A DNA stretch of 64,000 nt, taken from contig CM120640.1 of NCBI GenBank assembly GCA_051362555.1, forward strand, positions 54,972,788-55,036,787, read 5' to 3'. A program made the translations under genes and the position numbers. This document shows, piece after piece, positions 1 to 11,422 of this stretch; positions within the stretch are counted from its first letter, which is position 1, and each line of letters opens with the position of its first letter. The notes beneath the pieces are model-generated. The model was given only the letters and a program-made list of their open reading frames with translations. It was not told the DNA's origin and did no database searches. The stretch is from Lingula anatina. Taxonomy: Eukaryota > Animalia > Brachiopoda.

Positions 1-65
1 TATAAAAATAAAATTCTTCCTACCTACTCAATAAATAATATGATAATAACAATTATTCTGCCTAC

Positions 66-128
66 CTCAACTTTAACATGTTCAGCTAAATCCTTCCAGC
101 TTCTTCTCAATAGGTCCCTACCACCAGC
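66..128 (-). CDS. DGKZ: DGK accessory domain exon: AGGRDLLRRSWKDLAEHVKVE; gene continues beyond the left edge (ankyrin repeats expected there)
   Basis: ttgcag|GCT ... GAG|gtaggc; 63 nt, phase 0-0. Confidence 0.92.
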
Positions 129-353
129 CTGCAACAAAATGTAGGGTATTATAAGTTATAAATTTCCTTTTATTTCAACTTAAAATATAATTTTGTCCTC
201 CCTTTTATTTCATAAAATAGGTAAAAGTATAAAATTTTGGCACAATTTTCACTTGGACTCTAAAAAGGAACAGATATCAAAGACTTCTCTTTTCAAATCT
301 GTTTTAACATACACAAATACACATATTAAAATACACAAATCTACTTCACTTAC

Positions 354-409
354 TCCTGCATAGAACATCTTATTTTTGAACCTATTGTTGAATTTTTCAG
401 GGTTTGCTT
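354..409 (-). CDS. DGKZ: DGK accessory domain exon: (E)ANPEKFNNRFKNKMFYAG
   Basis: tttcag|AA ... GGA|gtaagt; 56 nt, phase 1-0. Confidence 0.96.
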
Positions 410-725
410 CTGAAAGGTAAAAAAATGTAAATATAATCCTCAAAATAATAAACTGCTTTATGATTTTTTCAATCTTTAAAACAAAAAGGACACATGATTT
501 ACCAGCCAGTATAGACACAAACACTGAAGAAGACGCATCTCAAATATTCTGTGCAAAACTTGCTGTAAGGTAAGAGTACCATAAGAAATATAATCCATCA
601 CTTCTTGACTTTAACACAAAAATGATTTTTGCACAGCAAGATTTTTAATGAAAGTAAATCAATCTTAAATGACAGGTTTGTTGAACTTTTCTCCTTCAAC
701 CAGTTTTTTTAAGAAAAGTACTGAC

Positions 726-886
726 CTCTGCTTTCATGGAATTCTAAGGCCACATGTGCATCTGCTCCTAGACTAAAATAACTATTCATGACATCAAGAG
801 GGAGGGTGGGCTCCCCCTTCTCCTCTTTCTCATCCAGTGTATCTACTGGCTCTGACACAGCAAGATTTTGCACCTTAAGATTCCAC
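726..886 (-). CDS. DGKZ: DGK exon, catalytic/accessory junction: WNLKVQN...[26 protein letters not shown]
   Basis: gctag|G ... AGA G|gtcagt; 161 nt. NxYFSLGxDAxVxLEFHESR accessory-domain motif. Confidence 0.97.
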
Positions 887-1213
887 CTAGCAATCCAGGA
901 CAAAATCTAGTTATTACATGACAAAACTGTTCTGAATCTACATCTAAATTTTGAGTAAAAATAAACTAGTACAGAAAAGAAATGGCTTTTATTCCTTAGA
1001 ATATCACTATAAACTTTCCCACTTAATATATAAGAAGCAACTTAATTAAATTCCTCTAGTTAAAAGTAACTTATGTTTAACTCAAGTTTGATTATTCAGA
1101 TTTTTGATACTAAATAGATAAAATAATATCTCTGGTCAATATAAATGCCAATTAAAAAAAAGAAAGTCAAAGCTCAAAGCTGGGAAAAAAAGTAAAGCAT
1201 GTTCTTCACTGAC

Positions 1214-1284
1214 CTGTCCAGCTCCACCACCTGTCCCTCTTCCACAGCAGACAATATCTTGGACAGGGGCTCATCTGTATAACC
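1214..1284 (-). CDS. DGKZ: DGK catalytic domain exon: GYTDEPLSKILSAVEEGQVVELD(R)
   Basis: tttcag|GGT ... AG|gtcagt; 71 nt, phase 0-2. Confidence 0.96.
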
Positions 1285-1466
1285 CTGAAAAACCAATGAA
1301 ATCATCTTCATGCTTAAGTTCACAATAAAGCAGCATTTATGAAAATGAATTTTATGCATAAAACTCCAAAAAACAAATATAACAATCTGATTTAAAATCC
1401 CACTACAAACTTCAAACGTAAAACAACTTTGTCTGATTTAGAGTTCAATCTAATTCCAACACTTAC

Positions 1467-1641
1467 TCCACCCCAGCCCAGTGTTCTAGCCAAGTCATTT
1501 CCTGTACCCAGGGGTAGTATTGCAACTGGTGGAAGGGGGTTAATACCCAGGGTGTCCAGAGCTGAGAGAACCCAACCTGCTGTGCCGTCACCGCCACAAG
1601 CCAGAATGCGCAAATTTGGCACCTTTTTAAATAATTCTAAT
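1467..1641 (-). CDS. DGKZ: DGK catalytic domain exon with ATP-binding GGDGT and [11 protein letters not shown] motifs
   Basis: ttttcag|A ... GGA|gtaagt; 175 nt. [17 protein letters not shown]...[17 protein letters not shown]. Confidence 0.98.
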
Positions 1642-2055
1642 CTGAAAAGGGTGATAACAGCTCTGAATATTTGAAATTTCAATAAAAAAATCATACATGC
1701 TTGTTAATACAATTATAGACCACTTTTATAGTCAGAACAACTACCAGTATGACTCCAGTGCTCATAAAAATTGTGAAAAGTTGATGTCAGAAAAGCAGCG
1801 AAATTTTTGAAGCTCTGCACCGCAGTACTGAGCCTCCATGGGTTATAAGTGGCAACATCAATAAAATTCAATAACTAATTTTAAAAAATTCAAAACAACT
1901 GTCTGCATCATTTGATAAACTGCATCCTGAGTAAATAAGGATAGTATATCTTTAAAAAATGCATTATCATGGAAAAGAATTAAACATCTTATGGTTTCAT
2001 ATGGTTTCATTGTGCTTGTTGCAGTTTCATTCTCCTCTAAAGCACAGTCACTTAC

Positions 2056-2297
2056 CCCATGCGTGGCCCACCTCTGGATAAGTCAAACACTTGTCTTGGA
2101 TTTAGCAGCCAGTATAATTTATGCATGATTTTTGCCCCCTGGTTGCCTCCAGACTTTGGGTTGATGAAGACAAGTAGTGGTTTCATGTGTGGGGATGGAA
2201 TGGGCTTGACAATGAAGGGTTTTGAGTCAGCTTCTTTGCTTTTTCTTCGTTTTGCTGAACCCCTTCGCTTCTTTTTTATAGATGATTTAAATGAGCC
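2056..2297 (-). CDS. DGKZ: DGK zeta/iota exon: MARCKS-like basic/NLS region ([14 protein letters not shown]) plus start of catalytic domain ([15 protein letters not shown]...NPRQVFDL)
   Basis: tttgaag|GGC ... ATG GG|gtaagt; 242 nt. The MARCKS-like segment is diagnostic of type IV DGKs. Confidence 0.97.
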
Positions 2298-2428
2298 CTT
2301 CAAATGAATTAAATTATGACTACTTATAATTCAAGATAAATCATTTATGAGTGACAAAAACTAGCTTTAAAGAATAAAATATCTAAATAAATATGCCTGG
2401 AAACGAATTTCAATAAACAACAACAAAA

Positions 2429-5400
2429 AACAAGGCAGCAAAGCTGTCAAATGTACAGACAAAGAACAGAAAATAAAGATGCAAATAAGTGAAAAATTAA
2501 ATTTTCACAAAAAACTGTTAAATTGCCAGAAAAATTTACCAAACAGACTGTGTTGCCAATTGAAGCTGTATGTTAGACCCATGTTTCTTTCCTGTAAGTT
2601 TGAGAACAGTAAGTGACATGATTTCCCTTAAATGGTCATCATAGGAGCAGTGCCCAAAATAGGGGTTTCTTCAAATTTTGATGCAACATTACATAATGTT
2701 TAACAGCATAATGACAATCAAATGTTATAAATTAAATATTAGTAACATGGACATTCAGAAAATGTGACAAGCAAAAGTCTTCAAGATCATGGAACTTTAA
2801 AGTCACACCTTGACAAGGCAGCAAAGCTGTCAAATGTACAGACAAAAAGCAGGAAATAACTATGCACAAAATAGGCTACTGTCAATTCTGATGCAAAAGT
2901 ACATTATGTTAAACTGCAAATTCAACATCAAATTTTAATTATGCTCAACAGGTAATACCAATGTAAGTAAAATGTGTAACAAGCATAAGGCTTCAGGCCC
3001 ATGGCAGTTCAAGTTCACACTTTTCCAGAAAAAGAAGCCAATTAGACTGCTTTTCCATCTCAGGCTGCATTTTAGTCCTGTATTTCTTTTCTGAACATTT
3101 GGCAATCATCAGTAACATGGTTTTCCCATAATGGTCATCATGGCAGCAGCACCCAAAATTGTGTTTTCTTCTATTCTGATGCAATATTACATAGTGGTTA
3201 ACAGCATAATGACCGTCAATTTTTAATAATAAAATATACGTATCATGGATTTTCAGAAAATGTGACTAGCATGGGTCTTCAAGCCCATGGAACTTCAAAG
3301 TCACACCTTGAAAATGCCAATATGTGAAAAATTAAATTTTCACAAAAAAAACTGTTTAACTAGCAGAAAGAATTACCAAACAGACTGCATTGCCTACTGA
3401 AGCTGTATTTTAGTCCCATGTTTCTTTCCTGTAAGTTTGAGAACAGTAAGTGACATGATTTTTCTTAAATGGACATCATGGGAGCAGTGCCCAAAATATT
3501 TTTTTTCCAAATTTTGATGCAATATTACATAACATTTAACAGCATAATGACCATCAATTTTTAATAATAAAATATTAGTATTATAGATATTCAGAAAATG
3601 TGACTAGCAAAGGTCTTCAGGCCCATGGAACTTCAAAGTCACAACTTGAAAATGCCAAAATGTAAACAAGACAGCACTGTTCTGAAATGTTTTTTTTTTC
3701 TATTTTTACACTTTTTTAACATAAAACAAAATTAACAGTTTACTGCCATTTTTATAAGATCAACTAAGAAAATTGATGAGATGTGAAAAATATCAATAGA
3801 ACAGTGTCAAATGTCCAATTTCCTCCATTCTGAGTTTCTGAACATAGTGAATGATTGAATCTTACAAACTGCAATGATATGAGTTTTTTTCCATTTTTGA
3901 AACTCTATTATACAATACATGATAACAAGTTTACCATCATTTTTACGTAATCAACTAACAATGTTGTAAAGATGCAGGAAATGTCAAACAAACACTTTTA
4001 CATATCTTATTAATTAAATAATGAGAATGTTAACATGCCTAAGAATTGAATCTGAGGAAATGTGAAAAAACAGCATAACTTATAAAATAATGGTCTGATT
4101 ATGCTGATTTTCGAACTTGACCTGCGTTTTAGTAAGATTGATTACTCCTGTGAGTTTCATGACAACAGGCCTATGGGTTTTCCTTGAAATGTGTTAACAG
4201 TGTTGCATATATGCTGAAAAGTGAAAAAACAGCATAACTACTAAAATAGTGGCCCGATCATGCCGATTTTCGAACTTGACCTGCGTTTTAGTAAGATTGA
4301 TTACTCCTGTAAGTTTCATGACAACAGGCCTATGGGTTTTCCTTGAAATGTGTTAACAGTGTTGCATATATGCTGAAAAGTGAAAAAACAGCATAACTAC
4401 TAAAATAGTGGCCCGATCATGCCGATTTTCGAACTTGATCTGAGTTTTAGTAAGATTGATTACTCCTGTGAGTTTCATGTCAACAGGCCTATCGGTTTTC
4501 CTTGAAATGTGTTAACAGTGTTGCATATATGCTGAAAAGTGAAAAAACAGCATAAATTCTACAATAATGGCCCGATCATGCTGATTTTCGAACTTGACCT
4601 GTGTTTTATGAATATTCATCAGCTCTGTAAATATAAAGCCAAAAAGTAAAACTGTCTTCCACTTATGGTGTTAACGCTGAAAGTGCACGGCGACGGCGAC
4701 GGCGACATGATCGGCGACAGCGACGGCGACGACAGACGCAGGTGATGGCAATATGTACAGACACATCTGTGTCTGTACATAAAAATGCCAATATGTGAAA
4801 AACTAAATTTTCACAAAAAACTGTTAAACTGCCAAAAAAATAAATAAATAAATAAATAAAAATACCAAACAGACTGCATTGCCTACTGAAGCTGTATTTT
4901 AGTCCCATGTTTCTTTCCTGTAAGTTTGAGAACAGTAAGTGACATGATTTTCCTTAAATGGTCATCATGGAAGCAGTGCCCAAAATAGGGGTTTCTTCAA
5001 ATTTTGATGCAATATTACATAATGTTTAACAGCTTAATGACCATCAATTTTTAATTATAAAATATTAGTATCACAGATATTCAGAAAATGTGACTAGCAA
5101 AGGTCTTCAGGCCCATGGAACTTCAAAGTCACGCCTTGAAAATGCCAAAATGTAAACAAGACAGCACTGTTCTGAAATGGGTTTATTTCCATTTTTAACA
5201 CTTTTTTAACATAAAACAAAATAAACATTTTACTGCCATTTTATATGACCAACTAAGAAAATTGATGAGATGGGAAAAGTATCAATAGAACAGTGTTAAA
5301 TGTCCAATTTCCTCCATTCTGAGATTCTGAACATAGTGGATGATTGAATCTGACAAACTGCAATGATATGAGTTTATTTCCATTTTTGACACTTTGTTAC

Positions 5401-6265
5401 ACAATACATGATAACAAGTTTACCATGTTTTTTACATAATCAACTAACAATGTTGTAAAGATGCAGGAAATATCAAACAAACACTTTTAGGCATCTTATT
5501 AGTTAAATAATGAGACTGTTAACATGCCTAATAATTGAATCTGAGGAAATGTGAAAAACAGTATAACTTCTAAAATAATGGCCCGATTATGCTGATTTTC
5601 GAACTCAACCTGCGTTTTAGTAAGATTGACCACTCCTGTGAGTATAATTACAATTGGCCAATCCGTTTTTCTTATATTGTGTTATCAGTGTTGTATTTAT
5701 ATTGAAAATAGTGAAAAAACAGCATAAATTCCCTAAAAATGGCCCAATCATGCTGATTTTCGAACTTGACCTGCGTATTATGAATATTCATCAGTTCTGT
5801 AAGTTTCAAGTCAAAAGGTAAAATGGTTTTCCACTTATCGTGTTATCGGTGCTGCATATATGCTGAAAAAAGTGAAAAAACAGCATAAATTCCCTAAAAG
5901 TGACCCGATCATGCTGATTTTCGAACTTGACCTGTGTATTATGAATATTCATCAGTTCTGTAAGTTTCAAGTCAAAAGGTAAAATGGTTTTCCACTTATC
6001 GTGTTATCGGTGCTGCATATATGCTGAAAAAAGTGAAAAAACAGCATAAATTCCCTAAAAGTGACCCGATCATGCTGATTTTCGAACTTGACCTGCGTAT
6101 TATGAATATTCATCAGTTCTGCAAGTTTCAAGTCAAAAGGTAAAATGGTTTTCCACTTATCGTGTTATCGGTAAAAGTGCACGGCGACGACGACGGCGAC
6201 GACGGCGATGACGACAGACGCAGATGATGGCTATATGTACAGACACATCTGTGTCTGTACATAAA
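2429..6265 (+). mobile_element. Non-autonomous Helentron/HINE (pearl/DINE-like) element, outer copy (2429-2812 plus ~4783-6265), interrupted by a nested copy
   Basis: 5' AACAAGGCAGCAAAGCTGTCAA with subterminal ATGTACAGACA; internal ~161-bp tandem units; (CGA/CGG)n microsatellite; 3' 14-bp hairpin TATGTACAGACACA-TC-TGTGTCTGTACATA (6234-6263) followed by an A-run; no TSD. Confidence 0.8.
2813..4782 (+). mobile_element. Non-autonomous Helentron/HINE element, complete inner copy
   Basis: Same 5' end at 2813, four 159-bp units (~4060-4680), CGA/CGG microsatellite, identical 3' hairpin at 4752-4781. Confidence 0.8.
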
Positions 6266-7352
6266 AATCAATATTATCATAGCTTAAAATCAATAATTTA
6301 ATAAAAAATGAAAGAAAACATTAAAACTAGTCAGTTGGATTTAAAAAATGATTAGGACAAGTGTTGCACACTCTACAAATTAAAACATATTCTACAATAA
6401 TATTTTAACTTCCAAGTTCTAGTCTTCAAGTAATATTTCATTCTTAGTAAAATGAAAAATAAACTTGTGCATCTGGATATATAAGCCATTCCAGATAACA
6501 ATTCCTTTGTTTATTCTGTGACTATTCTAAACCTGATGAACTTATATAAAAGTACAGATAAACAGTCTATTTGGCTCTGAAGAAGATCGAATTCACAGAG
6601 GAAAACCACTTCTTAAATCTTTTCCATATCATACAATTACTGTTATCTCAAATTACTTTTTGGCAGTTGCTGGACATAACTAGTCAGGGAGAGAAATTTA
6701 CTGCATAAGCTGAGTAATAAGGAACTGGCCATAACCCATCTGGATTGGAAACCAAACCATCAACTGATATCTACTGTTCCTGTGAACCAAAGATTAATTT
6801 ACAGATAAACTATCAGTTCCTGGAATTAATACAGACAATCAAGGGACACTGCAATAAAGGCAGGCACTTTTAGATGAAAATGTTTATCACAACAGTGACA
6901 CTTCTTGCCAATAAAGTAACAGATCAAGCACTGATAAAAAAAACTTAACAAAACTTGAATACAGTATGTACATTTACATTAAATAAAAATCATATAGAAT
7001 AACTTTTGAGTTTTTCTTCTAAATTTTGTAAGAAGTGATAAATAATGTCAGTGTATAAAATTATCCAAGAAAAAACCATTCATTTTGAACCTCCTTCAAC
7101 TTCACCAAAGTCTGTTTAAATGATCTTTCAATTTCTCAGCTGAAATGCCACTTTTTTTCTGGAGGGGGGTATGGGTGGGAGATAAGCTTCATAACCAAAA
7201 ATCTAATAAAATTCTTTAAAAACTTGATCAACCTGTCAAATTTCACAGTCCTGTTAAGATTGGAAATTTTAAAGGAAAAATACAGTAAAATGTATTTTAA
7301 ATGAAAATTCACTGTATTGTAAAATGGTAGGAGTACATAACACAGTATATAC

Positions 7353-7505
7353 CTTTTTGGGTATTTTTATGATCCAAGACGGTGGAATGATGATACCCGC
7401 ATGACTTCCCAGAGTGCACTGCTCCTCCAACTGCTGCATCATGAAACACGTGATTTTGTTATGGTATGCAGCCTTACACCAAGAGCAAGAAATGGCAATG
7501 ATTTC
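7353..7505 (-). CDS. DGKZ: DGK zeta/iota exon, end of C1B: [51 protein letters not shown]
   Basis: ttccag|GAA ... AAG|gtatat; 153 nt. ISCSWCK and IPPSWI motifs. Confidence 0.97.
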
Positions 7506-8212
7506 CTGGAATTGAATAAAGTTTGTTTGGATGATATTTGGTTTTTTTTAAATAAAACATGAGCAGATTAGTAATTGGCAAACAAACACATCATTGGTAT
7601 TCATTGCCTGTCTTACCATTCAAAGTGATGAGATAAAACAAATTCTATTTGTGTGATATTTCTCTCACTGTCACACCTCTATACTTGTATCATTCCCTGA
7701 AAAAGTTTTTCTAGTGCTTTCTCAGTACATATCATACTTGCATGATGACCATAAATTACATCTAAAGACTAAACTTATTATATCAGTATTCTTATGTTCA
7801 ATCATGTGCAAAACAATCAACTGCTGCAGACAAATAGACCCACCATTTTTATGGCAATCACATTGGAAAACTATTAGCAGCAATTTGTTTTGACATTAAC
7901 TCATGTAAATGCCGGCTTGGTGCCAGTGAGCACAGGAGAATTCTAATTGCATTAGGACACTAACAATATTAGATCAATGAAAGTACCAATTCACTGTAAG
8001 GAAAATCATTAATTTATACGTGTAACCTAGCCTCTTGCTGTTATAAGGAGATAATGCCTTCTCATACATGTTTTTACACAAACATCCTTTCCCTCACAAA
8101 CATAAAAGTGCAGACACTCTCTTCTAAACCACCAGTCTTTTTTCAGACTTGCATCAAGTTTTGAACTTAATAAAACAACTATTTAGGGCAGAGTAAAATT
8201 TTGGATCTATCA

Positions 8213-8287
8213 AAACAAACAAACAAACAAACAAACAAACAAACAAACAAACAAACACCCACCCACCCACCCACCCACCCACCCACC

Positions 8288-8348
<61 letters not shown>
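8213..8348. repeat. Compound microsatellite (AAAC)11(ACCC)10(AC)26
   Basis: Read directly. Confidence 0.95.
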
Positions 8349-8351
<3 letters not shown>

Positions 8352-8381
8352 TAAGCAGCATTTCTAGGTGGTTACCCTCAC

Positions 8382-8414
8382 CTTGCTATGGAACCCAAAT
8401 TTATTCTGGAAGGA
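8382..8414 (-). CDS. DGKZ: DGK zeta/iota 33-nt micro-exon in C1B: SFQNKFGFHSK
   Basis: atttcag|TCC ... AAG|gtgagg; phase 0-0. Fills the expected FQxKFxFHSK gap between CGK and EIIAISC. Confidence 0.93.
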
Positions 8415-8807
8415 CTGAAATGTCAACAGAATATAAATAGTTAATGCTTTAATACTAAATTCAGAAACACGCAAAGACATATAATAATATCTGTTCTTAT
8501 TTTTGTGAAAAAAATCTTTAAAAAAACAAATCAATGAAATGTGTTCAAATATAGCCATTGGTTTCACAATTCAAATAATAAGATACTTTCATGTCATAAA
8601 TGCAACACTTATCATTTAGACCTTAAATTTCCAGTATTCTGCATAAATGTAATCAATATTAGTACTAGTAGTAGTCCGTTGTTAATATTATTAAAAATTC
8701 TCTCTCTCTCTCTGTATATAAGTGCATATGTGCACACATACATGTGCACATGATCATCATGACTGTGAGCAATAAATTAAATAAACATTTCTTTAAATCA
8801 GTCTTAC

Positions 8808-8876
8808 CTTTCCACATTGTTTACATTTTCCTTCTTGTCTTCTCCTATGAACCCAGTGATGTCTGACAAATGTTTG
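8808..8876 (-). CDS. DGKZ: DGK zeta/iota exon, start of C1B: [23 protein letters not shown]
   Basis: tttcag|CAA ... AAG|gtaaga; 69 nt. [16 protein letters not shown] motif. Confidence 0.97.
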
Positions 8877-10094
8877 CTGAAATGATATAAAACAAGGTTA
8901 AGCCATAACAGTAAAACCACCAAGCATATCATAAAACATTCTATAAAAAATTACAAAATATTATCATACTGTAAGCATATCTAAGGAATGATTTTTGACT
9001 TTTATTGTATACAATCAAATCAGAGAACTCACAAGGCTACAAATTAGTTTAAAAATGTAAAGATCTACTGTGCCATAGATAAATAAATATTGCCTGAATG
9101 TAACTAATTTAAGGACAACTGTGCTAGAAACTGAAGTTCAAAGACCTAATTTGAGCCTTCCCTTTTTGTATTTAGACAACAAACCATATCCCATTGCCCT
9201 TTAGAAAGCCAGACAGCAACACTCAAAGTGAGCCAAAAAACACACGAGAGGTCCTGATAAATCCATCACCTTCCTTTGAATTCTATCGCAACATGAGAGT
9301 GTGGGGGAGGCACGACTTTGAATGGAGGCTAATGGTGCAAGATTATCCCAATCCTTACAAAGAATCACATGCAATTACAATCTCCACTTTCATCATGCCC
9401 TACTATCATTCTCCATAAGTTCAGCATTTCAGAAACTGCCCTGCAAAGTTATGTTAACCCTTAGTTGAATGGTTCAATTCAAGTACAAACGAGAATGGGC
9501 TCACTGACGATGTTATAAAATGGATAAGGCACCCATTTTAATTGTATTTTCAGCTTTCCTTACACTGAAAAAATCAATAAAAGGATGACATCTCTTCATT
9601 TTTCTGGGGTAAATGACAATTTTCCCATACTTTCCAATGTTTTTTTTAAGTGTTGTTTTAAGAATAGGCATCTATAAAGGTCCACATGGTCCAATGGCAA
9701 GCACAGATTCTAGATCAATTGCGATAACTCCTGTTGTGGTGGTAAAATGGAAATTATTATATATCTATTTGTTGTTTACAATGTATTTATTGTGAAATTT
9801 CGAAATTTATGAAGAGTTGATATCCCCCCCCCCTGAAAAAAAAAAGTCATAAGCACCCTCTCAGCAGGGGCATTTTATAAGCTTCATAAACCAAGAATGA
9901 TGATGTCCTATGTAATAAGTTATCTTTAATGGTGCACTTATGCTGGTCCATCACACTGTCTGTACATTGGGCAGTTTTTAGATTAGTTCTAAGCAAAATT
10001 GTTATGCCTTTTAATGGGTATCTTATTTCCTTGCCAAGCTAAAACTTTTAAGGCATTGCTCTCTTTAAAATAGACAGATGACGTGACAGGAAAT

Positions 10095-10411
10095 CAGGCC
10101 TACCCAACTACCAGACTCGACACCATATGATCCTGAATTCACCGATAGATCGGACCACAATACCCGTTTTCAAGGTGTGTATCAGTACGCACTTCGAAGT
10201 ATCAGATGCAACACTGCTCTTGCCTAGCACGCAATGTGATAGTGATGATTCTCAGCAGGGTTGGAAAGTAGTGCATCTCATCTCAAAATTTGTTCCGGGG
10301 TATGATACTGTGCAATGCGTATTGACGCACACCTTGAAAGCAGGTAGTGTGGTCCTATCTACTGGTGAATTCGGAATCATTTGGTGCCGGTCTGGTAGTT
10401 GGGTAGGCCTG
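10095..10411. mobile_element. MITE, 317 bp, with ~95-bp imperfect TIRs (first 22 bp perfect, CAGGCCTACCCAACTACCAGAC) and 5-bp TSD GAAAT
   Basis: Inverted repeats read directly; GAAAT at 10090-10094 and 10412-10416. Confidence 0.85.
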
Positions 10412-10576
10412 GAAATGGTCATAATTTACAAATTATTAGTGACTGAAAGCTAAACAAAGGTTATATTATGTACCACAACCCAGTTTTTCTATAATTTTCT
10501 AAGAAAAGCTCCTGTCAATTATGAATGATTCTTTTAAGTATGTGTACGGATTCCGTAATGTGTAAATATAGCATAC

Positions 10577-10633
10577 ATCTCTGTAGTTCCTGACTCCTGC
10601 TTCCCTGAATGTTGGTTTGCATCCAAAGTGAAT
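10577..10633 (-). CDS. DGKZ: DGK zeta/iota exon, end of C1A and linker: IHFGCKPTFREAGVRNYRD
   Basis: atttcag|ATT ... GAT|gtatgc; 57 nt. CKPxFRE motif. Confidence 0.95.
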
Positions 10634-11223
10634 CTGAAATAAAATTTACTAAGCTTTAATCAAACACAGGCAAAACAAAATCCCCATTAATACTCTGTAG
10701 AATGACTATCATTTCTTTTGCATTTCATCAATGAACTGCTACTTCTGCTTCTTTACAATTTAATTGGTTTCACTAACATAACATTACAAAAACACATCAA
10801 TCATCAATTCTGATAGAAATTAGACAATTCCCACCAAAGTTTTATCATTTTCAATTTTAAAAAATTATCATAGATATGTTAGATCTGCTGTAAATTCAGG
10901 TTGATTGTAATTTATTTTGATTAGCCATGTGAGATGATTTCTAATCAGTGCTATCTTTATTGCCTATTTTCTACTGAATATGTATCACCTTCTGATACTG
11001 AAAGAGTTTACTGTCATTTTTCTAGATAATATGTCACTGATACATTATTTGATCATTTAGAATACCCTATACTTATTTCATAAGCCCATTTACAATGTCA
11101 AATTAATATTCTGATCACATTTCTTTGGTATGTGTTGTACTGTGGTGCATAAAATACAGAATATTTTTCGGAAAGAATTAAAAAATAATCTAAAACATGG
11201 ATCTACAACAATGTAACTTCCAG

Positions 11224-11224
<1 letters not shown>

Positions 11225-11279
<55 letters not shown>
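11225..11279. repeat. (TG)n microsatellite
   Basis: Read directly. Confidence 0.95.
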
Positions 11280-11282
<3 letters not shown>

Positions 11283-11289
11283 CGCACTT

Positions 11290-11422
11290 CAAGGCTTTTC
11301 CCAGCAAATCGTCTAGCCGTCATCATTGGCAGCCAAATGATGGCTTAAACTCCCTGAAAATTTTTACGAAATTACCGGTGATAATTCTGAATGGCCTGAA
11401 CTCCCAATCCTGGGAAAACCTG
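11290..11422. mobile_element. Small degenerate MITE remnant
   Basis: Imperfect TIRs CAAGGCTTTTCCCAG ... CTGGGAAAACCTG; flanks CACTT/GACTT. Confidence 0.35.

Noticed and set aside
1429-2307. Plus-strand ORFs 1429-1674 and 2059-2307 (also 23445-23657 and 18923-19132)
   Set aside because: Antisense shadows of real DGK exons, with no independent coding signal.
4060-6180. Regularly spaced repeats as a possible CRISPR array
   Set aside because: Whole 159-161 bp units are repeated with no unique spacers; eukaryotic intron context; no cas genes.
8154-8440. Low-complexity ORFs (CVCV, THTH, and similar YIYI or poly-K/F ORFs at 11.2, 12.2, 21.1, 31.5 and 56.4 kb)
   Set aside because: Translations of microsatellites and homopolymers.
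10127-10453. 108-aa plus-strand ORF
   Set aside because: Lies almost entirely inside a palindromic MITE and shows no transposase motifs.
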